A stretch of DNA of 64,000 bases from an uncultured archaeon (lineage in GTDB: Archaea; Thermoplasmatota; Thermoplasmata; Thermoplasmatales; Thermoplasmataceae), in the NCBI GenBank assembly GCA_000965745.1, contig CP009479.1, positions 320,001 to 384,000 on the forward strand, written 5' to 3'. A program made the translations under genes and the position numbers. The notes beneath the pieces were generated by a model. The model did no database searches, was not told where the DNA came from, and saw nothing but the letters and a program-made list of their open reading frames with translations. The first letter of the stretch is position 1. Every line of letters begins with the position of its first letter. Shown here piece by piece: positions 19,835 to 29,133 of this stretch.

Positions 19835-22248
19835 TCCCCGAAGCTGTGCAACAGGAAGTGGGCGAATCCCAGGAGGAGAAAGTGAGCGTCGACCAGGGAG
19901 CGAAAGTCGGGGAATTAAAGAGGAGGTTGGAGGATCCACGGCTCCTGACAGGCAAGGGGAAATATTTGGACGATCTTAAGATGGAAGGGCAGGCTTTCAT
20001 GGGGATCGTAAGAAGTCCTTATCCCCATGCTAGGATAAAAAGCATTGACCTCTCCAAGCTGAAATCTTCGCCTGACTTCATAGCTGCGCTAACTGGAGAG
20101 GACTTAGTCAGAGAGGGAGTGGGAAAGGTTGCTGATGCACCGTTTCTACCACACAAGCCTGCAAATCGGTACCAGCTTGCGGTAGGCAAGACCAGATTCG
20201 TTGGAGAGGCAGTGGCAGCAATACTGGTAAAACGCAAGAACGCAGTAGAGGACTTGATTGAGGAGATAGAGGTAGATTACGAAGTGCTGCCCGCCGTGCC
20301 ATCGATAGAAGAATCGAAGAGGGGAGGTACGCTGATTTACGAGGACTGGGGTGATAACATCCCTAGTTCTCAAACGAAGAGGCGAGGGGATGCTGAAAGT
20401 GCAATTGCAGCTGCACCTCACCTGATCAGTGCACGGGAAGGAATTGCAAGGCAGGAGGCTGTGCCGATGGAGCCCCGCTCGGTGCTAGTTAAATACGATG
20501 AGGAGCCTGATATATACGAGGTTTACGCAACCACGCAATCAGTGCATTTTCTCCGCCAGAATCTCTCTACCGAACTCAAGATTCCACAGTCCAAATTTCA
20601 TGTGAAAGTAATGGACATGGGGGGCGGGTTTGGAAGCAAGGGGGGGCATTCGTATCCTGAGCCCGTGCTCGCCTGCTTGCTTTCCAGGCAGACAGGAATT
20701 CCTGTGAAATGGACAGCCACGAGATCGGAGGAATTCATGGAGTCGGCAGGGGGAAGGGATGAGTATTGCGACGTTACCCTGGCTTGCGACAAGAATGGGA
20801 GAATTGTTGCGCTGAAGGGGAGAATGGAATGTGATGTCGGTGTTTCCGACGGTATGTCCTTTATGTCTTTTGCAACCGTAGGATACATGCTTGGAACATA
20901 CGAGATACCAAATCTCGATATGAGTGTCCAGAACTATGCGACCAACAAGATGCCTGTCGGTCCTTTAAGGGGAGCCGGGAGACCTGAGGGTGTCTACTTC
21001 ATTGAGCGTGCCCTGGACATAATGGCAAAGAAGATAGGAATTGATCCAATCGAGTTCAGGCGCCTCAATATTGCCAACCCGGAATCGACCGATTCTGTAG
21101 GCTACCTAAGTCTTCTGGACACGCTTATGGAATCAGGACATTATAAATATGCCCTGCGCTGGAGGGATGAATTCAACTCAGGAAACATGAAAGAGAATGA
21201 TGCGGGAAACCTAATCGCGGGGGTCGGAATATCACTTCTAGGAGGATCGGCAGAGATTTTCTCGATGCGAACCATTCTGCGGGGGATGACATTGCGAGGG
21301 TTTGTCGGGTTAGTCAGGATGTTGCCGAGATTCAGGTCCTTCATGAGTGAGTATGGCAGAGCTGCTGTAAACAAGAATGGGGAAGTGTACATCTATACAG
21401 GCTCTTCATCCCACGGACAGGGTCACGAGACAGCATTTGCCCAACTGGCGTCCGAAGAGCTCGGAGTCCCAATTGACAAAGTGAAAGTGGTGTGGGGAGA
21501 CACCGATCAAGTTCCCCGAGGAGTGGGAACGTTTGGAAGCAGATCAGGTGCAGCGGGAGGAAGTGCTGTAGTTGACGCATCACGCAGGCTCAAGTCTGAA
21601 ATCCTGAAACGTGCCTCGAAGATACTCAGGAAGGATAAAAGTTCTCTTGACTTTTGCAATGGCAATATTGTGGAAGCGAATCATCAGCAGAACGTTCTGA
21701 TTAAGATAGGGGATATCCTGGAAAAACTGGGAGTTAAGGAAATATCAGCCATTTCAAAATACTCTTCACGCTCGGCACGCGACGCAAGCGCTGCACATCT
21801 CTGTTCCGTGACACTTGATCCCGAACTTGGCACAGTCAAGATTGTGAAATATCTCGTTGTCCAGGATAGCGGGAGAATCATAAACAAGACCATTGTCGAG
21901 GGGCAGTTGCATGGTGGCGTGGTACATGCAGTAAGTGGGTCGTTGTTCGAAAAGGTTGCTTACGATGACCAGGGGAACCTCCTGACAGGTACCATGATGG
22001 ACTACAACATCGCAACGGCACTTGATAGCCCTGATATAGAAATTATTCACAGGGGAACCCCCTTTGCTGGTGCACTAAATGGCGTCAAGGGAGTGGGGGA
22101 AAGCGGCACGATGGCGGGCTATGCGGCAGTGATGAATGCCATAAACGATGCTCTTGACCATGTGCGACCTGGAGCCCGCATAGACCTGGCTCCTGCGACC
22201 CCGGATGCAATCATTGCAGCGATTGAAAGACACAACATCCAATCTTGA
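19831..22248 (+). CDS. Xanthine dehydrogenase family molybdopterin subunit (CoxL-like, not form I CODH)
   Basis: GGGFGSK, GPLRGAGRPE, HGQGHET, GTFGSRS, KGVGE. Confidence 0.92.
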   Translation: MIPEAVQQEVGESQEEKVSVDQGAKVGELKRRLEDPRLLTGKGKYLDDLKMEGQAFMGIVRSPYPHARIKSIDLSKLKSSPDFIAALTGEDLVREGVGKVADAPFLPHKPANRYQLAVGKTRFVGEAVAAILVKRKNAVEDLIEEIEVDYEVLPAVPSIEESKRGGTLIYEDWGDNIPSSQTKRRGDAESAIAAAPHLISAREGIARQEAVPMEPRSVLVKYDEEPDIYEVYATTQSVHFLRQNLSTELKIPQSKFHVKVMDMGGGFGSKGGHSYPEPVLACLLSRQTGIPVKWTATRSEEFMESAGGRDEYCDVTLACDKNGRIVALKGRMECDVGVSDGMSFMSFATVGYMLGTYEIPNLDMSVQNYATNKMPVGPLRGAGRPEGVYFIERALDIMAKKIGIDPIEFRRLNIANPESTDSVGYLSLLDTLMESGHYKYALRWRDEFNSGNMKENDAGNLIAGVGISLLGGSAEIFSMRTILRGMTLRGFVGLVRMLPRFRSFMSEYGRAAVNKNGEVYIYTGSSSHGQGHETAFAQLASEELGVPIDKVKVVWGDTDQVPRGVGTFGSRSGAAGGSAVVDASRRLKSEILKRASKILRKDKSSLDFCNGNIVEANHQQNVLIKIGDILEKLGVKEISAISKYSSRSARDASAAHLCSVTLDPELGTVKIVKYLVVQDSGRIINKTIVEGQLHGGVVHAVSGSLFEKVAYDDQGNLLTGTMMDYNIATALDSPDIEIIHRGTPFAGALNGVKGVGESGTMAGYAAVMNAINDALDHVRPGARIDLAPATPDAIIAAIERHNIQS

Positions 22249-22421
22249 CCATCCTTCCATCTTAATTTCCGCATAAATGAAAAAGGAGATCAAACCCGCT
22301 GTTCCAGGGATTGGCAGAAAACACAGGTTAGGATTGAACACGACATCATTTCCTGGTTATCAACGAGGATTTGACACCCTCATGTCAGTATAAGCTTTAT
22401 CTGGACTTAGATATTAACTAC

Positions 22422-23663
22422 ATGAAAATGCACCCAATCATCCTCGAGGTCTTCATCGGCCTGGGCATTCTTACACTGACAACCTTCATTTACTACGTCA
22501 TAAACATACATGGTTCCCAGCGTTTTTCCCGGGAAAACACACGGAATGATCTCACTCCTGAAGATGTGACAATATGTATTCCGGTCTACAATGAGGACCC
22601 GGATATCTTCAGGGAGTGCATAGAGGCTGCTTCCTCCCAGGGAAGTAAGCTGGTTGTGGTAGGCGACTCAAGCTATGAGCCATACAAGACCATTGTTGAG
22701 GCCCATGGCGGGCTCTTCGTCCACAAGAAAAAGAGGGAAGGGCAGAAGCGGGCAATAGCAAGGTCAATGGACTTTGTAGAAACTCCATACGCACTAATTA
22801 TGGACAGCGACACGATCCTGCCTGAAAGTGGTGTCTCCAGCATGGTTTCCCACTTCGTTGGGGGAGTGGGTGGAGTTGGCCCGAACATAGGGATAAAGAA
22901 CACTGGAACACCAGTTGCCTATGGTGCTGAATTTGTTGAGAGGGCCAGGGAGATAGTGTACCGTTCCATGTCGGCACATGGAAGCGTGATGCATCTCGAC
23001 GGGCCCTGCGTGATGTACCGGACAGACCTGATAAAACCGTTCATACAATCCGATGCCTTCCTTGACTTCAGGATATTCGGAAATAAAACGCAGTTGGGCG
23101 AGGATTGGCTGATGGCACTCCATGCCCTCACTTCCAATTACAAGCTTGTGAAGGATTACGATGTCAGGGTGCAAACCTATCCCCAGAAGACTTTCAAGAA
23201 ATTCTACAAGCAGAGTCTGCGCTGGTCAAGATCGGAATGGGTTCGTTTCGGAATGGAATTCAAGACTGGAAACGCCTTCAAGAAGGGGAAATTCTATGCA
23301 TTTGAACTTGTCTATACCTACATGCTGCCCTTCATCGGGATTATTGCATTCTGCCTGAGATACCTTCCAATTCTCTATTTTCGTCTGCATCAACCGGATC
23401 CTGGTCTGGTCGACTTTATTCGCTCTGTCATATTCTTGAACTTTGACCACCACAGCTTCGGTTTTGGGGCACTATACAACTCTTTGCTTCTGGCCATAAA
23501 CGGCATAGGCTCCGCCGGTTTCGTCCTGACTGTGGCAGGAAAAATCAACAAGGAGAGAATAAGGACAATCGCATACGGCGCCCTTGCCATGGGGATTCTC
23601 TTCGTTACAACTGTGTACGGGGCATTCACTTTCTGGAAAGAGCCAAAATGGGGCACCAGGTGA
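22422..23663 (+). CDS. Processive GT2 glycosyltransferase (hyaluronan synthase/NodC/IcaA-like)
   Basis: IPVYNE, DSD, GED and QSLRW motifs plus TM helices. Confidence 0.88.
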   Translation: MKMHPIILEVFIGLGILTLTTFIYYVINIHGSQRFSRENTRNDLTPEDVTICIPVYNEDPDIFRECIEAASSQGSKLVVVGDSSYEPYKTIVEAHGGLFVHKKKREGQKRAIARSMDFVETPYALIMDSDTILPESGVSSMVSHFVGGVGGVGPNIGIKNTGTPVAYGAEFVERAREIVYRSMSAHGSVMHLDGPCVMYRTDLIKPFIQSDAFLDFRIFGNKTQLGEDWLMALHALTSNYKLVKDYDVRVQTYPQKTFKKFYKQSLRWSRSEWVRFGMEFKTGNAFKKGKFYAFELVYTYMLPFIGIIAFCLRYLPILYFRLHQPDPGLVDFIRSVIFLNFDHHSFGFGALYNSLLLAINGIGSAGFVLTVAGKINKERIRTIAYGALAMGILFVTTVYGAFTFWKEPKWGTR

Positions 23664-23720
23664 GGAGATTTTATTTCCTTACACCTTGAAGAAGCATATT
23701 ATGGGAGTTTCTCCCGGAAG

Positions 23721-23734
23721 ATGCCGTGAGCCGG
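23721..23734 (-). repeat. att duplication of the tRNA-Phe 3' end
   Basis: ATGCCGTGAGCCGG identical to 27239-27252. Confidence 0.7.
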
Positions 23735-23758
23735 CATTAGTAGTTAGGTTTAATACCC

Positions 23759-24759
23759 TTACAAAGACTCGAAAAATCTGGAATCAATAAAGCTGCAAAG
23801 GACAAGATCATAAAATTTTGTCATACTTGGAAACCAGAGAGGAACGGTCAGTTTCCAGGCTTTATTACTATGCCATCAGACTCAGGCTGATTGCTGAGAA
23901 CATGGGTGAGTCATTCGTGTATCCCACAGACAAGGACATCGAAAAAGCACTGTCTTATCAGAAAAAGAGAGGCCTTTCTGAGTGGTCAATCAAGGATAAA
24001 TAGACAGTCTTCAAGAAATTTTACCACTGGCCTGGGAAGAGTGAAGAAGTAGCTTGGATCAAACGAAACAGGAGGCCGAATTACAAAGTAAAACCTGATT
24101 TTAATATCTCACAAACTGAAATTGATCTGTTAGTGAATACTTGTGATAATGCAAGAGACAAAGCAATCATAACTGTCCTTTATGACACAGGAATAAGAAT
24201 CGGTGAGCTTCTGACACTTAAGCTGAAAGATATTGTGTTTGACTACGCTGGGATAAAGCTGTTGGTCACAGGCAAGACGGGTACGAGACAGGTCCGGGCT
24301 CTGGGAGAAAGTGTGGCATTCACCAGAGTTTGGAAAGATTCCCATCCCGATCAATTCAACGAGGAGGCATGGCTATTTTGTGGTATTGGTCATGATATGA
24401 GAGCGAAATCTACCATTGGTGAGCCAATGAATCACTATCTGATTTACAACATGCTTTCGAAAGTGAAGAACAGAGCAGTTAAGTCTGGATTCCCGGAATC
24501 GAAGAGGATATGTCCATACAAGTTCAGGCATAACAAAACCTCTCAACTGGCTAGCAAGGTCAGGGAACCAATTCTTGAAAAGACAATGGGATGGGTTCCA
24601 TCTTCCAGAATGACAAGCGTATATTTGCATCTCAATGACGAAGATATGGATTCGGCCATTCAGATAAGCTCCCATACCGAAATGATTCTTTCGCAGAGAT
24701 GGATTAGGTGCTCTGTGCAAGCAGCGATTGTAAATCGCAGAACACATTTATCAAGATAG
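23759..24759 (+). pseudogene. Tyrosine recombinase/integrase pseudogene
   Basis: Frameshift near 23818 and in-frame TAG at 24001. RDKAII..LYDTGIRIGELL, K.FRH, GW...S.MTSVYLHL. Confidence 0.85.
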
Positions 24760-24899
24760 AACACAAGCTTGCTTAAATGGGATATCTTAACTTTTTCGCC
24801 GCCAATGATTCCCCAAGAGAATACGGGAATGGCATCAAATAATTTTGAGACAAAATTTTGGGGGTTTTATCACGGAATATAATTCCGGATATGCACTAA

Positions 24900-25340
24900 T
24901 TAACTTCTATAGAATTCAATAAATTCTTCTGAAGTCAATACCTCAAGTTCATCTTGATCTTTCAATTCATTTTTCATTGAAATCAAATCCTTGTCATACG
25001 TAATGATGAAGTCAGCGGAAATGCTTCTTCCTATTGCTATCAGGTACCAGTCATTTCCAATTCGGTTTAACATCTTCTGGTCATGTTCCAGGTTTTTCAT
25101 AGGAACATAACTGAACCAATTGTCGAGATCATCCATGAATTGGCGGAAATAGACTGGATCAATTTTTCTTAGCTTCGGATCGCTTTTGACAATTCTTCCA
25201 ATTTCACCCATCAAGACGTCGCATGTGTATGGCTGAACCCTCCCATCTCTGATTAGACTTATCACGTACTTGCTTGCCGTACCTGCTTTCCTGCCTAGAA
25301 TTGCGCGAAAAAAGACATTTGAATCAGTGACTACTTTCAT
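24900..25340 (-). CDS. PIN-domain putative toxin
   Basis: MKVVTDSNVFFRAIL...E...DWYLIAIG..ADFIITYDKDL. Confidence 0.9.
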   Translation of the reverse strand: MKVVTDSNVFFRAILGRKAGTASKYVISLIRDGRVQPYTCDVLMGEIGRIVKSDPKLRKIDPVYFRQFMDDLDNWFSYVPMKNLEHDQKMLNRIGNDWYLIAIGRSISADFIITYDKDLISMKNELKDQDELEVLTSEEFIEFYRS

Positions 25341-25860
25341 TTAATGGATGCCTAACCCTGTCAAATGCGTTATCAATGTCTTCTATTGTAATCTCGTTCT
25401 CCTCAGCGAATGATTCAAAGTAGTCGTACAGGTTCTCAAGGATCACTGCAGATTTTACAGTGTATTTCTTAAATTTGCCATACACGTAATCTATGAGCAA
25501 TTCCGAGCCCATTCTGTTGTAATTTTCCTTAATTCTTATCAGAGCAGATTTATGTGTTTGGTCTAGCTTGTTCCAAAGCTCGTTCGCTTCACTGAATCCA
25601 ACCGGGGTGAGTGTGTACCCTTCAGTATCATCAACTTTGCCAGATACTGTCAATTCAACAAGATCGCTGTCAAGTTCTCTTGAAAATGGGCCATAGTAGT
25701 GTGGAACAAAACCGTATCCGTCTATCTTGGAGAAAACAGTTTCCTTGAGAAGAAGAAACATTTCCTTCTGAAAGTGGGTCTTGGATGGTATGCTCTCATT
25801 GTCCCTCATAGTGGACCCTCTTGCGTAGATGAGTAATTTGAGTAGGTCCTGGTTACCCAT
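25324..25860 (-). CDS. SocA/Panacea (DUF4065)-like antitoxin
   Basis: KTHFQKEMFLL...FVPHYYGPFSREL..DL..L; overlaps the PIN gene. Confidence 0.75.
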   Translation of the reverse strand: MGNQDLLKLLIYARGSTMRDNESIPSKTHFQKEMFLLLKETVFSKIDGYGFVPHYYGPFSRELDSDLVELTVSGKVDDTEGYTLTPVGFSEANELWNKLDQTHKSALIRIKENYNRMGSELLIDYVYGKFKKYTVKSAVILENLYDYFESFAEENEITIEDIDNAFDRVRHPLNESSH

Positions 25861-26083
25861 AAGTATCATTATCGTCCACGTTTATAATAACTTCCTCTAT
25901 TCACCTGTTGCACGTTACAGTCTAATCTGAATTCAAAAAAGAAACTACTTTATCACCGCTTGATCCAAGCTTACAGAACAGTCTACTAGAACCATAATCC
26001 GAATTCCCAAAACGGTCCTGTTGTGAATCCGCCTGATGATTTGAAGGAAAACCATTGAAAAGTTCTAAAATATTTATTGTGAG

Positions 26084-26540
26084 TCAGAATAAACATAATT
26101 CATCAAACGTGTTACGAAGTTCCGCGAGTTTATCTGATGAAATTTCAGAATCTTTAAGCCTTTTAAGTACATTTAATGGCTTTAAATCATTACGGGATAC
26201 TTTTTTAATTTGTAAAAATTTCTCAAAATCTGAATCGAAAGTGTAAATTTTCTTTGTATTATCATTTCTATTAGAAGTGATAAAATCGTTAACTATCTTA
26301 TGTATGTCTTCGTCAACATCTTCATCATACAAGACTGAGTGAGTGATTCCGAGCTTTCCTGTAATATCCCGAGAAAAGTTTCTATATATACCCAGGTTTG
26401 ATTTATCATAGAATCCAATATGTATATATGCTTCCCTATGAGCAGAAGCGTCTACGATTATTTCAACAGAGTCGAAGGTTTTCGTCAGAGTTTCTTCAAC
26501 TGCCAGTATGTTAGAAAGCCTAGCTTTTTTGTCATTGATA
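26084..26540 (-). pseudogene. C-terminal remnant resembling an OLD-family TOPRIM nuclease
   Basis: LGITHSVLYDED...FDSDFEKFL...KPLNVL; no ATPase part and no clear start. Confidence 0.45.
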
Positions 26541-27197
26541 TTAAAGGGCAAACCCGGGGAGTCTGAAAAGGATAAGAGTGAGGATGAAGCAATTGAAGAA
26601 TCCATAAGGGCACTCATGGGATATTCAGATAAGGTTGGTGTAACTGTCACTTCTATTGTTGTGAATGAAGACAGTGTTGATAATATACGGGACGCGGTCC
26701 TAGAGCGTCAAAGGGTTCATCCACTATCAGAGTGTTTTTTCAACATAACTGGTGGGAAAAAAGTACTTTCTCTCAACTTGTTCACGATGGCAGTTTGGAT
26801 GGATGCGACTCCGTATTATGTTGACATAAGTGGACATATCTCTGAGTTTTCAATTCCACGTATACATCCTGACAATCTTGATCCAGAAGGACCATATTTC
26901 TCTATACTGTCGATAATGTACTCTTTGAGTAATGAAGGAAATGATTCAGTACTTTACTCAGATGTTTTCCTTAAACTTGGTGAATCATACCGCCCAACGG
27001 TACAAAGAACCAAAGGACGGTATCCCAACCTCAGGAGAGGCACTTTTTCTAAACTGATTCGATACCTTATAGAGCGCGGCCTCCTTGAGGAAGATTTTGT
27101 CGGGGCAGGTCATAGGAGCAAGGAATTGAAGATCACGCGGGATGGAGTGTTCACTTTCAACTTCATTAATGGCCACAATAGTAAAGATAGTCAATAA
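26508..27197 (+). CDS. CARF-like (Csa3/DUF6293-type) Rossmann plus winged-HTH protein, probably N-terminally truncated
   Basis: FFNITGGKKVLSL...YYVD and C-terminal TFSKLIRYLIERGLL...KELKITRDG. Confidence 0.7.
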   Translation: MLESLAFLSLILKGKPGESEKDKSEDEAIEESIRALMGYSDKVGVTVTSIVVNEDSVDNIRDAVLERQRVHPLSECFFNITGGKKVLSLNLFTMAVWMDATPYYVDISGHISEFSIPRIHPDNLDPEGPYFSILSIMYSLSNEGNDSVLYSDVFLKLGESYRPTVQRTKGRYPNLRRGTFSKLIRYLIERGLLEEDFVGAGHRSKELKITRDGVFTFNFINGHNSKDSQ

Positions 27198-27239
27198 GAC
27201 GCCCCATGCAGAAATGTAGGCACTGCAGCAAATTAGATA

Positions 27240-27312
27240 TGCCGTGAGCCGGGATCGAACCAGCGACCTCCAGATCTTCAGTCTGGCGCTCTCCCTACTG
27301 AGCTATCACGGC
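27240..27312 (-). tRNA. tRNA-Phe(GAA)
   Basis: GCCGTGATAGCTCAGTAGGGAGAGCGCCAGACTGAAGATCTGGAGGTCGCTGGTTCGATCCCGGCTCACGGCA cloverleaf. Confidence 0.97.
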
Positions 27313-27492
27313 CTGCTTGTTGATTAGGTGCGTTTATTTAATCCTTCGCAGGGTCCACTGACACAGCGCTCCGATAACCATGAAAGGAGTGTGCATCTGC
27401 CATGTCGGAGAATAGCGAAATACAAGTACAGTTATCGTCGTGAAGTATAAAAACATAAGAATTATACCTTAAAGAAAAGAAAGTGGTACTGG

Positions 27493-28725
27493 TTGTATTC
27501 AAACGTGAATTATCAGCGGTTTGAGAAGAGAGTTTTCATAATCCTCTCAGGTTCAGCGCTAATCAATGCCACTCTAGTTGTAGTGATGGTATCGCTTCCT
27601 TTCCTTCTTGTCACCATGGGACTATCCCTCGCCTTCATGGGTGTTATCGAGGCGGTGGGCCTTCTCACAAACTATGCGGCAAGGATCCCCGCAAAGATAT
27701 ATGTGGAACGCAACGGGTCGGAAGCAGGCATTGCCTCCGGTCTTATAGCCATGGGAGTATCCATGAGCTTCCTTTTCCTTACAAAGAACCTTTCCCTGAT
27801 AATTGCTGCGGTATTCCTCATCAATGTCTCATACACACTTTTCCGGTACGGAATCAGGCCCAAGCTTACCAGAAAGCTCCAGGGGTCCGAAGATGACAGA
27901 ATCCCGTCCTCATACCAGCTCTTCAATGCCATAGGGCCATTCGCCGCCCTTGTGGTTGCAGGCCTTTACACGGGATCGGATGTAAGGCCGATATACGGTG
28001 GAATTTCACTCATCCTCCTCTTCGCGGGCGTTCTGAGCCTCTTTCTCCTGATTTTCAACAAGCCTCCCAGGAACACGAAGCCTCTCAGTTCAAGGTTCAA
28101 CGAACTCATCAGGAAACCAATGATGACCCTGAATGAGATAGGGAAAATAAAGGAAAAAGAATTTCTCCTGGCACTCACGGTAATACAGCTTGTAACCACA
28201 CTGTCCATCGGCGCAGTGCTTGTATTCTTCCCTGCCATGGCAATCAAGGACGGGCTTGGCAGAACAGAGATCTTCTTCCTCTTCGCCATAGTTGGAATTG
28301 CATCGTTCCTGCTCAGTTACGTTGGCAGGCTATTCAGGAGCGAGTTCATCGGAAGGATGTTCTTCCTCACCAGGCCCTTGTTCCTGCTGATCAGCCTGAT
28401 AATAATATCGCTGGGCTACGACCAGATGCTCTTCCTCACAGGATACGCAATAACTGCAGTCTGGTACATGCTGGAGCCGGGGTCAAGATATTTCGCCATG
28501 AGGCAGTTCGAGTACGGGGACCCTGACAAGATAGAGTACCTTTCAGCCATATTCTCAAGGCCAGTGGCCGTCATAGCACCGCTCATGGGGGCACTCCTCT
28601 GGCTTGCATCACCAAGGCTTGTGTTTGCTGTTGCAATATTCCCTACTCTTGTGGCGCTCCTTCTTGCCCACCTTATTGTCAACAGGCCGGAAATCTTCCA
28701 GGGCATCAACCCGGGCAAAAACTGA
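27493..28725 (+). CDS. MFS transporter
   Basis: About 12 TM segments, 410 aa. Confidence 0.8.
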   Translation: MYSNVNYQRFEKRVFIILSGSALINATLVVVMVSLPFLLVTMGLSLAFMGVIEAVGLLTNYAARIPAKIYVERNGSEAGIASGLIAMGVSMSFLFLTKNLSLIIAAVFLINVSYTLFRYGIRPKLTRKLQGSEDDRIPSSYQLFNAIGPFAALVVAGLYTGSDVRPIYGGISLILLFAGVLSLFLLIFNKPPRNTKPLSSRFNELIRKPMMTLNEIGKIKEKEFLLALTVIQLVTTLSIGAVLVFFPAMAIKDGLGRTEIFFLFAIVGIASFLLSYVGRLFRSEFIGRMFFLTRPLFLLISLIIISLGYDQMLFLTGYAITAVWYMLEPGSRYFAMRQFEYGDPDKIEYLSAIFSRPVAVIAPLMGALLWLASPRLVFAVAIFPTLVALLLAHLIVNRPEIFQGINPGKN

Positions 28726-28764
28726 TCACATTTATTTATCTATACTGGATTAACAGGTTGTATT

Positions 28765-29133
28765 ATGATACCCGGAAGAATGAATAACAGAGAAATGAAG
28801 AGAATGATGGCGCAGATGGGCATCAAATCCTCGGAGATGCCGGACGTTAAGACCGTGATTTTCCAGGGGGAGACAAAGGACTACATGATCACCGATGCCC
28901 AGGTCACAATGGTAGAGGCGCAGGGCCAGAAGACTTTCCAGGTAGTGGGAACCTTCAAGGAAATCCCCAAATCCGCAAAGCCGGGCCAGCAGGCAGAAGC
29001 GCCGAAGTACAGCGATGATGACATATCGCTTGTCATGGAAGGGGCGCATGTGGACAGGAATAAGGCCATAGAAGCGCTGGACAAGGCCCAGGGTGAGCCG
29101 GCACAGGCCATAATAGATCTGACCGGCCAATGA
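28765..29133 (+). CDS. nac: Nascent polypeptide-associated complex protein
   Basis: MKRMMAQMGI...DDISLVME...AIIDL. Confidence 0.95.
   Translation: MIPGRMNNREMKRMMAQMGIKSSEMPDVKTVIFQGETKDYMITDAQVTMVEAQGQKTFQVVGTFKEIPKSAKPGQQAEAPKYSDDDISLVMEGAHVDRNKAIEALDKAQGEPAQAIIDLTGQ

Noticed and set aside
18417-22248. Aerobic CO dehydrogenase coxMSL
   Set aside because: Lacks the form I AYxCSFR motif and cox accessory genes.
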